Below, one piece after another: positions 18,193-26,637 of a stretch of DNA of 32,000 bases; within the stretch, counting starts at the first letter, position 1, and each line of letters begins with the position of its first letter. The stretch is taken from NCBI RefSeq assembly GCF_000014265.1, contig NC_008312.1, positions 1,860,001 to 1,892,000 on the forward strand, read 5' to 3'. Below the pieces are notes generated by a model. That model made no database searches. It saw only the letters and a list, made by a program, of their open reading frames with translations, and was not told where the DNA came from. Origin of the DNA: Trichodesmium erythraeum IMS101 (GTDB taxonomy: Bacteria > Cyanobacteriota > Cyanobacteriia > Cyanobacteriales > Microcoleaceae). A program made the translations under genes and the position numbers.

Positions 18193-18802
18193 CTATCTAC
18201 TCCCTCACTCCCTAACTCTCTCTCCACTGCTCCTTAAAAAGATTTAGAGAGCAAATTTCCATGTAGGAATACGGTATTTAAGAGTGAGCATGAAAAGAGG
18301 TGTTTCTAGTTAAAGTTAGAGTTCCCCTGAGTGATATGATCATGAGGGAGCAAATTTACCAGCTATATCCATAGAGAGAAAATTTTGGTAAAAAACTTCC
18401 AAGGCAGATGAAAGAGGTTTCCATTAATTTTGCTTCAGAACTTCAAGACTATAAATGACTCAAATACTGGATTTCATTTTTTGAGTTTTTTTTATACCAC
18501 TAGCTTTACTTTTAAAACTAATTTTAGTTATACAAATTGTTAACCCCTAATTTGGGAAGTCAGTAGTCAGAAACTCACCAAAGTGCCCCTATACTCTTGC
18601 TGTAGTTAAATTTAAGAGGCGCGAGAATAATCATAATACTCAAAGTCATTTTCTAATATGAAACATAAGCAGAAACCTAGATAAAATTAACTTTTCTAAA
18701 GTTGAAGACCAATTTTGAGATTAAAATCCAGCAACCTCTTAGAATAAGATTTTGATATCTTCTAAAGATTTTTCAACTCTCACACCAGAGGAAAGAAGAC
18801 AT

Positions 18803-19288
18803 ATGACACAAGCAACAGATTCAGGATTCGTTCAACCTTACAAAGGAGATCCTTTTGTAGGCCATTTATCCACTCCTATCAGTGATTCTGACTTTACCAG
18901 AGCATTTATCGGTAACTTGCCGATTTACCGTCCAGGTCTATCCCCAATTCTACGGGGTCTAGAAGTAGGTATGGCTCACGGTTATTTTATCGTTGGCCCT
19001 TGGACAAAACTCGGTCCATTACGAGATTCCGCAGTGGCTAACTTAGGTGGACTAATTTCTACGATCGCTCTAGTTTTAATTGCCACTATTTGTTTATCTG
19101 CTTATGGCCTAGTTTCTTTCCAAGGAAAAAGTCCTGAAGGAGCAGACCCATTAAAAACTTCTGAAGGTTGGAGTCAATTTACTGGTGGTTTTTTCATTGG
19201 TGCAATGGGTGGTGCCGTTGTGGCTTTCTTCCTACTAGAAAACTTTGAGCTTGTGGACTCCATTTTCCGAGGTTTATTTAACAGCTAA
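18803..19288 (+). CDS. psaL: Photosystem I reaction centre subunit XI (PsaL)
   Basis: MTQATDSGFVQPYKGDPFVGHLSTPISDSDFTRAFIGNLPIYRPGLSPILRGLEVGMAHGYF is a near-canonical PsaL N-terminus. I therefore take the ATG at 18803 rather than the TTG at 18752. Confidence 0.9.
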   Translation: MTQATDSGFVQPYKGDPFVGHLSTPISDSDFTRAFIGNLPIYRPGLSPILRGLEVGMAHGYFIVGPWTKLGPLRDSAVANLGGLISTIALVLIATICLSAYGLVSFQGKSPEGADPLKTSEGWSQFTGGFFIGAMGGAVVAFFLLENFELVDSIFRGLFNS

Positions 19289-19299
19289 ATACCTCATGT

Positions 19300-19327
19300 T
19301 AGTTATCAGTGATTAGTTATCAGTACC
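19300..19327. repeat. STRR-like heptamer array (TAGTTAT CAGTGAT TAGTTAT CAGTACC)
   Basis: Four phased heptamers lie 12 nt after the psaL stop. Confidence 0.7.
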
Positions 19328-19464
19328 TCAGACTGAAACTAGAAACCTGAAAAACTGAAATTTATTTTTTAATCCCCTATTCAAGGGGAAATTTGATAGC
19401 TTGTTTTTCGGTAAAATTAGGCGATCGCTTAATTTGAAATTATGTAATTGAAGGAGAATTTGAA

Positions 19465-19581
19465 ATGACTGGTTCTTATGCAGCATCTTACTTACCTTGG
19501 ATTTTAATTCCTGTAGTTACTTGGTTAATGCCAATTATAGTTATGGGTTTATTGTTTGTCTATATTGAGAGCGATGCCTAG
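19465..19581 (+). CDS. psaI: Photosystem I subunit VIII (PsaI), 38 aa
   Basis: My own translation gives [44 protein letters not shown] at 19451-19456 lies 8 nt upstream of the ATG. The gene is below the ORF-track size cut-off. Confidence 0.85.
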   Translation: MTGSYAASYLPWILIPVVTWLMPIIVMGLLFVYIESDA

Positions 19582-19590
19582 TTTATTAAT

Positions 19591-19625
19591 TAGTTATCAG
19601 TTATTAGTGATCAGTAAACAGTCAT
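19591..19625. repeat. STRR-like heptamer array (TAGTTAT CAGTTAT TAGTGAT CAGTAAA CAGTCAT)
   Basis: Five phased heptamers lie 10 nt after the psaI stop. Confidence 0.7.
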
Positions 19626-19805
19626 CCGAGTGAAGCTAAAAACTTGATAATAAAAAATCTAATATTTTTGTTATTCCCTTAAAAGTTCCCCCTATCATTG
19701 CCAGACTACAGTAGGGAAATTTCATAGAGCATCAATAGGATGCTACGTTTATTCAAAATGTAGCATATAAAACCCAGAAAATTGAGGTAAGTATTTAAGG
19801 CTTGC

Positions 19806-19862
19806 TGATCAAATATGAAAGTATTAACTGATATTAGCTAAAGCTTTTTTGGGAAAAAAAAT
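19806..19862. repeat. Dispersed ~55-nt repeat, copy 2 (partner at 16621-16680)
   Basis: See copy 1. Confidence 0.7.
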
Positions 19863-19982
19863 AGATTTTTTTTTAGTCGAAAACTCTTGCCCATGTTAGG
19901 ATTTTGGGATAAAACAGCATAAATATCAAAGGACGAATATAGCCGAATACCCTTTCTATAAATTCCCTGTTTTTCCTAAATA

Positions 19983-20009
19983 TAGGGACGCCCTTATGCA
20001 ACGTCCCTA
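19983..20009. repeat. Small hairpin: TAGGGACG, an 11-nt loop, then CGTCCCTA
   Basis: The stem is a perfect 8 bp. Related degenerate versions occur at about 10947-10975 (tagggacg..gtctcta) and about 6262-6276. Confidence 0.5.
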
Positions 20010-20270
20010 CTTATTTCCGCTTGAAGGTTGGGCTTAAGGGTGATATCTCTACTTATTAAAAATATTTTTTCAACAAACCCTATTTAATCTCTCAAGATAT
20101 CTGACACGAAATATGAGAGGATATCTAGATTAGACTAACTTATTAAAAGATGAAGACATATATTGAAGTTAAAAGCTACTGTTAATAGTTAGAAAGTTCT
20201 GGAAACTATGACAAAATATGTATGCCTAGGACTTAATTTGTTAAAAGTTAAGTTCAGAAAAAAAACTGGT

Positions 20271-20334
20271 ACTCAAATTCAAAATGATATCTAGTAAGTT
20301 ATACTCAAATTCAAAATGATATCTAGTAAGTTAT
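20271..20334. repeat. Perfect tandem duplication of a 32-bp unit
   Basis: ACTCAAATTCAAAATGATATCTAGTAAGTTAT occurs twice without a spacer (20271-20302 and 20303-20334), ending 76 bp upstream of the comB-type ATG. Confidence 0.9.
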
Positions 20335-20410
20335 TAGTGAAAAATAGAACAAATGTCGAGATAAAGTAATACAATAAGTTAGTTGGTACAGTGAAGTTAT
20401 CATATAAATT

Positions 20411-21139
20411 ATGAAAATATTTGTCTATCATACCCCAGAAGAAACTCCTACGGAAAATATGCCAGACTGCGCGATCGCAGTTGATGTCCTCAGAGCAACA
20501 ACAACAATGGCTACAGCTATCTACGCAGGTGCAGAAGCAGTACAAGTATTTAGCGACATTGAAGAATTAATGACGGTCAGCGAAAAATGGTCTGCTGACA
20601 AACGTATTCGTGTTGGGGAACGAGGTGGTAAAAAAGTGGAAGGTTGTGATGAAGGCAACTCACCTTTAAACTTTACATCAGAAACAGTAAAAGGTAAACG
20701 CTTATTTATGACTACTACTAATGGCACCCGTTGTCTTAAGCGTATTCAAAATGCTAAGGTTGTTCTAGCTGCAGCTCTTGTTAACCGCCGCTCAGTAGTT
20801 GAATATCTGAAGGAAAATCAACCAGAAACAATTTGGATCTTAGGTTCCGGGTGGGAAGGTAGTTATTCCCTAGAAGATACAGTTTGTGCAGGAGCGATCG
20901 CTCATAGTCTACTTGCAGAAACTAACTCTCTGTCAGATGAAAATGTAGGTAACGATGAAGTATTTGGAGCTATGTCTCTCTATCTTCAGTGGCAGGATAA
21001 ATTGCATGAACTAATGAACCACGCTAGTCATGGCCAACGTCTCCAACGCTTAGAATGTTATGAAGATTTGAAATATTGTTCTCAAATTGATATATTGGAT
21101 GTTTTGCCTATGCAGAAAGAAATAGGAGTTTTGTCTTAG
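20411..21139 (+). CDS. comB: 2-phosphosulfolactate phosphatase family protein (ComB-type)
   Basis: Motifs include [16 protein letters not shown] and [18 protein letters not shown]. At 242 aa the length is typical of the family. Confidence 0.8.
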
Positions 21140-21180
21140 TTAATTAGTTGTGTCAAATTAATTATACATCTTTATATATA

Positions 21181-22560
21181 GGGCTTACGCAAGGGCACTA
21201 TAATATAGCGTCTACTAATTTAGGCGTTGGCGGAGGATGGTGGCGGCAGCTATATCGCTTAAAAAAAATGTAGCGATCGCCTCAAAATAGATACCATAAT
21301 TAAAATCAAGGTAAAAAGCAGCTATAAAATAAAAATTGCCCCGAATCTTATTGTGGGCTTTTTCAATTCTTGGCTCAAATAGTCTGAGAGTAATTCCTGT
21401 TTGACTTAATCAATAGTTTTTCCTATTTTCATTGCTAATCTTTTTAAGAAATTCTAGACTAACATAGCACAAGCCATGTGATTTTTTTGAATTTTACTAA
21501 GGTGACATTGACAAAATTCGATACCCGTTAATTGTTTAATTCTGCAGTGAAATTCTTCAATTTCCCATCTAGTTTGAGTCTCAAATTCTACAGCATCTAC
21601 TGAAGATTGACTTAAGTCGTTAGTGACCACATATTCTGTTATGTAGGTGGAAACAGTCCCCCAGAATAGCTTGACCTTCTTATCCCTTGGAAAACCTTTA
21701 ATTTTCATTATTTTACCTGATATTTTTTCTGATTTATTCCCACATAATTCTCCTATTTTTTTATATTTTTCTACTCCACCAGTATCATCTACTAGACGAT
21801 TTATTTTTAAAGGACAGTAATATATTTTTCCCATATTATCTATTAATGCCATTAATCTTTGTGTTGCATACCAACTATCCATTAATACTGTCTTAAATAG
21901 TAATTTATTCTTTTTGACCACATTTAATATCATTTCTTCAACACTCTTCTATTTTGGTCTTTTTATTATTATCTGGAGCATAAATCCGATAAGCTATTAT
22001 CCAAAATTGTTCAATAGTTGGATTAAAATATATACAGTTTACCATCCCAATACCACGAATTACTTTATGCTTATTACCACTGTACTGTTGCCTAACTAAC
22101 TCAATTTTACTACCATATTCTTTGTTGAGCACTGTGTCATAAAAAATCAAATAACCTTCTGTGTTAGTGACAATTTATTCTTGAACATTTCGACCTAATT
22201 ATTTGTAATCAAAATTTTCTATTTTTCAATAACGATTTATCGTATCATGGCTAATATTTTCTAGATAATTTGCCAAATTTGTGATAGTATAATTTGTATG
22301 AGAAATAAGTAAATATTGACAGTAATCAATATAGTTAAAATTCATATTTTTGGCTAAAATTAACTAACATAATTCTATAATAATTAGGGTGTTTTGGCAA
22401 AATTTATTTACAGTTAGTAATATTTATCATTATGAAAATTAACTTATAGAGCGTGTCTTTATATAAGTTATGATAATTTTGTCATTCAAGCGATCGCTTA
22501 AAAAATTATAGCGATTACCTGAATTAGTAGACGCTATATATAGTGCCTTTGCGTAAGTCC
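21181..22560 (-). mobile_element. IS4/IS701-superfamily insertion sequence (1380 bp), with a decayed transposase
   Basis: About 40-bp imperfect inverted repeats: GGGCTTACGCAAGGGCACTATAATATAGCGTCTACTAATT (left) versus the reverse complement of the right end, GGACTTACGCAAAGGCACTATATATAGCGTCTACTAATT. The flanks are (TA)n-rich, so I could not define a clean target duplication. Confidence 0.75.
21454..22345 (-). pseudogene. IS4/IS701-superfamily DDE transposase with stops and frameshifts
   Basis: The minus strand reads MNFNYIDYCQYLLISHTNYTITNLANYLENISHDTINRY*.., then IFYDTVLNKEYGSKIELVRQQYSGNKHKVIRGIGMVNCIYFNP.., then VLMDSWYATQRLMALID...RWEIEEFHCRIKQLTGIEFCQC (R-3-E-6-K spacing). Confidence 0.75.
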
Positions 22561-22705
22561 TGATATATATAATATAAACTAAATTCTTTCAACTCTTAAG
22601 ACTGTCTATGAAACCAGCAAGCAAATATATAGAACTGCTGGGAAAAATGGCAACTATACTCAGAAAGTAACCCTGGGAGGAAAACTGCCAACACCTCTAG
22701 ATATT

Positions 22706-23473
22706 ATGGTAGAGGGTAGTACAAAAAAACAGCTTAAATCTAGTAAATCAAATTCACTGGATTTAGTAGAAGAAAGCAATTCATTAACTAATTCTTGTAA
22801 TCAACAAAATATTAGGGACAAAAAACATAAAATATATCAAATAATTTGTGCTGATGTAGCTCATAGTTTGAAAGGAGAATTTCTAAATATTGGAGGTTCT
22901 AACGAATAAATTCGCTACTTATCTAATAACTCACCGGAAATTTTAGAGGAATGTGAACTAATTAAAAGAAGTCTTGAACATAGGCAGATTCGTCTACAAA
23001 TGTTGATAGATTATCTGAATCTAGGTAAGCAAAAGATGAAACCTATTGACATTGAGAAACTAATAGGTGAGGTTGAGCTTTTGTCTAGGCACAGATTACC
23101 TTCAAATATAAAAATGGAAGTTAAGATACAGGAAAATTTGAAAGGTCGAACTATTCTAGGAAATTTTGATCAAATTAAGAGTGTATTGTTTGAACTGATT
23201 AGAAATTCTACAAAGGTATTACATAAACCAGATAGTAAAATCCAAATATTTGCAAGTTATGAAAATGATGGATTGATTACTTTATCTATTAAAGATAATG
23301 GCTCTAGTATTGAGGATGGTTTAAAAAAGAAACTGTTCAAAGAAATCGTAGATAGCGAAAGTGGTTCTGATATAGGATTGTATATCATTAACAGAATTAT
23401 ACATCAAATAGGAGGTGATTTAAAACTAACATCTTCGGAGGAAGGAACTACTATTACTCTTTTTTTTTCATGA
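22706..23473 (+). pseudogene. Histidine kinase core (H-box + HATPase_c) with no sensor domain and one in-frame TAA (22907-22909)
   Basis: ORFs 22706..22909 and 23000..23473 share a frame, and the link IRYLSNNSPEILEECELIKRSLEHRQIRLQ has no stop. Motifs: ADVAHSLKGEFLNI (H-box-like), ELIRNSTKVL (N), IKDNGSSI (G1-like), GSDIGLYIINRII (G2). The frame is open upstream to 22583, 22 nt from the IS end. Confidence 0.7.
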
Positions 23474-23555
23474 GAGTTGAATTTATAAAATATATAAATT
23501 TGTAAGTTCAACTATAACATTTTTCCAAACTTTTATTTTATGGGTTTTAGAAATT

Positions 23556-23869
23556 ATGGTATTGAGAATATTAATTGTAGACGATAATAGAGATACCCTC
23601 AAAAGATATATTAAGTCTTTAAAACGTAGAATCATATCTGAATTTTTTAATGTTGGTATAAAGCAGAATACAGAATCTAAATTCATCATAGAAGTAGAGG
23701 GATATGATGCAGTAATCACAGCACTTAAAAAATTAAGAAATTAACCATTTGAAATTCTCATTGTTGATTTAAGAATTCCAGGTTCATCTGGGCAATAAAT
23801 GGGAGGATTAGAATTAATAGATGAGTCGGTATAGCTCGACTCACTTCGCCCTATTATTGTGATAACTGG
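23556..23869 (+). pseudogene. Response-regulator receiver domain (5' part of a REC-AAA ATPase fusion gene) with three in-frame stops, cut by an IS4 insertion
   Basis: The frame reads MVLRILIVDDNRD...KKLRN*PFEILIVDLRIPGSSGQ*MGGLELIDESV*LDSLRPIIVITG. The stops are at 23742, 23796 and 23832, all in one frame. The acidic pocket DD and the phospho-acceptor D (IVDLRIPG) are present. Confidence 0.75.
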
Positions 23870-23971
23870 CTCACGGGGTGACAAGCCAGTTGAAAGCTAT
23901 ATATATAAAGGGATTTGCCTTCAGGAGCTGAGGAATAATTCAATAAAAAAAAATCCTTATTGGACTGGGAA

Positions 23972-24012
23972 GGGGGTGTAGTGCGAGCGCAGAGCGCTCG
24001 CACTACACCCCC
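23972..24012. repeat. Perfect GC-rich palindrome (19-bp stem, 3-nt loop) inside the left TIR of the IS4 element
   Basis: The sequence is GGGGGTGTAGTGCGAGCGC aga GCGCTCGCACTACACCCCC. Confidence 0.9.
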
Positions 24013-24105
24013 TAACTGGGTTGAATAATAATTCAAGTTGTGCAGTAGAATAATATCATGAAAAAACTTAACTTTATTAATTAATTTTTAATCAAAAATT
24101 ACAGT

Positions 24106-25254
24106 CTAATTAACCACTTTATTCATCGCTTTTATTCCCCTGCGATAATATAGTAATTTATGAGGATTAAGGCTCATTAAATTTTCTACTAATTTCCACA
24201 TTAAATCATCATTTATTGCCCAATAAACACTAGATAACCCTAAGCAAAAACTACTGTTTCTTCTTTCTTTTCTACCTCTTTCATTAGTTCTTGATATATA
24301 TTCTTGAACTCCTTTATTTTTAATTTCTTGTCCTTTAAATGAACTAATTGTGTATGAAATAGCTATTAATAAAATTAGATTATTAAGTCTAGTTTCGTTG
24401 GCTTTTGCTGATTCTAGATTATAACCACCAGTTTTATAATCCTTAAACATGGCTTCTATGCCCATTCTCTGGCTATATATTTTTTTAACTTTTCCACATT
24501 ACTATGATAAATTGGAGAGAGTATACCATTTCTCTGAAACAGAATTGTGACGATATTTCTGTCTTTTATATACAAGTAAATTATATGTTCCTACCTTCAA
24601 AATTTTGGTAATTTTTTGATTCAATAATAGTTGGGATTCACCGATATTTACTTTTAACTCTGAGAGTTGACAATATTTTCTCCCTCGTTTTATCATAGTT
24701 GATTTTTTTTGTCTCAAGACAAAATATACGTCTTTTTTTTTATATTCTTTCAACCAATGGCACAGGAAAATACTGTGGAATTCGAGGGTGCTGTGAGAAT
24801 TATTTTGTGTACTTTCAATAATTTTAATACAGGGCGAATTACTGATTTTTGTTCGGTTAAATTACTAGCTCCTTTATGAGATAAAATCTTCCAATATATA
24901 GGTAAAGCTCTCTTTTTCCAAGCTACAGTTATCATTAAAATATTAATATTTTGCCACTGAGTGCGGTCTAAAATCAACACTAACTCTGAGGTAAAGTTGA
25001 AGAGATTTTTTACCATTATTTTGACTAAAGGGAACCAAAATATAGGTAAACTTAATTCCTTTAGGGTTAAAAATCTTTCGCATAAGTTTTCGCTTACTTT
25101 CTGATTTAATTGGTAGCTGAAAATAATTGGTTAGCTTTGATATTTGTACAGTTTTATGTACTGAAATTAAGTATAATAATATTTGTAATGTTACTACTTG
25201 AGATGGACTCAACTTTTGCTTAATATGGTCTTGATAAAAGCCTAATATATTCAC
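24106..25254 (-). pseudogene. IS4-family DDE transposase split over four overlapping frames
   Basis: The four ORF-track pieces are 24943..25254, 24750..25016, 24502..24753 and 24106..24465. Upstream of the last piece, the sequence reads YSQRMGIEAMFKDYK in frame, with exact Y-2-R-3-E-6-K spacing. Confidence 0.8.
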
Positions 25255-25351
25255 TTTTTCTTCTTTTTTTTTTGTAATTATTAACCCTTTTTTATCATAT
25301 TTTTAACAGTTTTTTTTAATGTTTTAATGAATAAATAATCAACCATGGGTA

Positions 25352-25391
25352 GGGGGTGTAGTGCGAGCGCAGAGCGCTCGCACTACACCCC
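25352..25391. repeat. Second copy of the GC-rich palindrome (18-bp stem) inside the right TIR of the IS4 element
   Basis: The sequence is GGGGGTGTAGTGCGAGCGC aga GCGCTCGCACTACACCCC. Confidence 0.9.
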
Positions 25392-25494
25392 TTCCCAGTC
25401 CAATAAGCGTTTTCTTTTTGTTGAAATATTCTTCAGTTCCCGAACACAAATTCCTTTCTATATATAGCTTTCAACTAGCTTGTCACCCCGTGAG

Positions 25495-26535
25495 GATAAC
25501 TGGTTATGGAAATGTAGAATTAGCAAAGCGAACTTTAACTAAAGGTGTCTTTGATTTTATAGAGAAGTCTGCCACAGCAGTTGAAGATTTAGTGTCAGCA
25601 GTTCAAAGAGCCATAGATACTCGTAAAGAAAAAATAAGGCGAGTGGGAAACCCTTTTACACCAATGACAGGTTTAGAACCTACGGTTTTTGGTGGCAGAT
25701 GGGAACAGGATTCAAAGTTGAGCGCAATAGGAAAAACCAGAAAATAATATCACCTAAAGCTTTTTTTAGAGACACTCTCACCAAACTATGGGAAGACATT
25801 GAAGATAAAACTGATGTATTTGTCATCCTTCTTGACGATCTAGAAAACTTGGCAGCAGTTTCAGATATTTTGATGACATTAAAGTCAGCACTATCCACAG
25901 AGTCACTGATGGAAACTAAAATTTTAGTTGGTTTGGCATCAACTTCCACAAGTTGGCTAGAAATAACATCTGTTCAAAAACATCATCCCCTCTCTAGATA
26001 CTTTTTGAGTAGAGTAGAATTGACTTCGTTAACTGAAAAAGAGGTTCAAGAAACCATCCGAGAGTCTCTTGCAGGAACAGAAGTTTCATTCACTCAAGAA
26101 GTCATGCAGAATATATTTGAATATTCTAGCGGACATCCATTTGAGATGCAGCTACTGTGTTATCACCTTTTCAGTAATCATCTTTCAAGAATTGTAGAAA
26201 TTGACATTTGGGAAAAAGCTTTACAAGCAACTGTGAGGGATGTGGGAAATGCTATTTTTGAAAAGTGGTGTTCTGACCTCAGTATTGATGAAGCAAAAGT
26301 TCTAAGGATACTCGCAGAAAATGAGAATTCTGTAGCACTAGAAAAGCTGGCAACTACTTTTGAGACGGAAAATCTGATGATCCCTCCAAATTATTCAGTT
26401 GAAGAAGTATTGAAAAGTCTTTTGCAGCGAAAGCTGATTAGTAGAGATATTTATGGTAATTATATCGTCAAAGATCTGATGTTTCGTACCTACCTCATTA
26501 CTCATCTGAATTACAATAGCACTGGAAGCCACTGA
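25495..26535 (+). pseudogene. 3' part of the REC-AAA ATPase fusion: end of the receiver domain, then an Arch_ATPase/ATPase_2-like domain with a frameshift and a compressed P-loop region
   Basis: The receiver ends with ITGYGNVELAKRTLTKGVFDFIEKS. Next comes NPFTPMTGLEPTVFGGR, the typical lead-in to this ATPase family. Only LSAIGKTRK* follows before a frame change near 25740. The second frame carries a Walker B-like VFVILLDDLEN and SSGHPFEMQLLCYHLF, plus a C-terminal winged-helix-like tail. Confidence 0.65.
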
Positions 26536-26637
26536 AAGGAGTGTTAGAGAAGTTCAAAAGCTTTCCCCAAATTCAAAAGCAAGCTACGGGTTTTATAGGA
26601 ATTTTCATGTTACAAATTGAAGTGCGGAATCTTGGTT

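Larger units (their letters stand above)
23870..25494 (-). mobile_element. IS4-family insertion sequence (1625 bp) with ~150-bp terminal inverted repeats
   Basis: The ends are CTCACGGGGTGACAAGCC (left) and GGCTTGTCACCCCGTGAG (right). There is a perfect 9-bp direct repeat GATAACTGG at 23861-23869 and 25495-25503. Removing the element rejoins the receiver domain in frame (..IIVITG|YGNVELAK..). Confidence 0.9.

Noticed and set aside
18560-18600. Possible psaL promoter (TATACT at 18590-18595)
   Set aside because: There is no convincing -35 element at the right spacing, and many equally good AT-rich hexamers are nearby. It cannot be supported from sequence alone.
18752-18802. TTG start extending psaL by 17 codons, and the GTG start at 15869 extending the GT2 gene by 20 codons
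   Set aside because: Family N-termini align with the internal ATGs (18803 and 15929). The extensions have no conserved counterpart.
20291-20727. Minus-strand ORFs 20291..20545 and 20521..20727
   Set aside because: They are antisense to the well-supported comB-type gene and run through the tandem repeat. They are shadow ORFs.
117-23834. Genetic-code reassignment or selenocysteine/pyrrolysine as the explanation for the in-frame stops
   Set aside because: All three stop codons are involved, and the same codons terminate the clearly intact genes here (hemW, psaL, psaI, comB-type, sigma). I saw no SECIS-like hairpin after the TGAs. Plain pseudogenisation is the simpler reading, although low-level read-through cannot be excluded.
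23483-24036. ORFs 23483..23719 (-) and 23854..24036 (-), plus 25680..25949 (-)
   Set aside because: They are antisense to the receiver or ATPase frames, or read through the IS4 terminal repeat and palindrome. They have no independent support.
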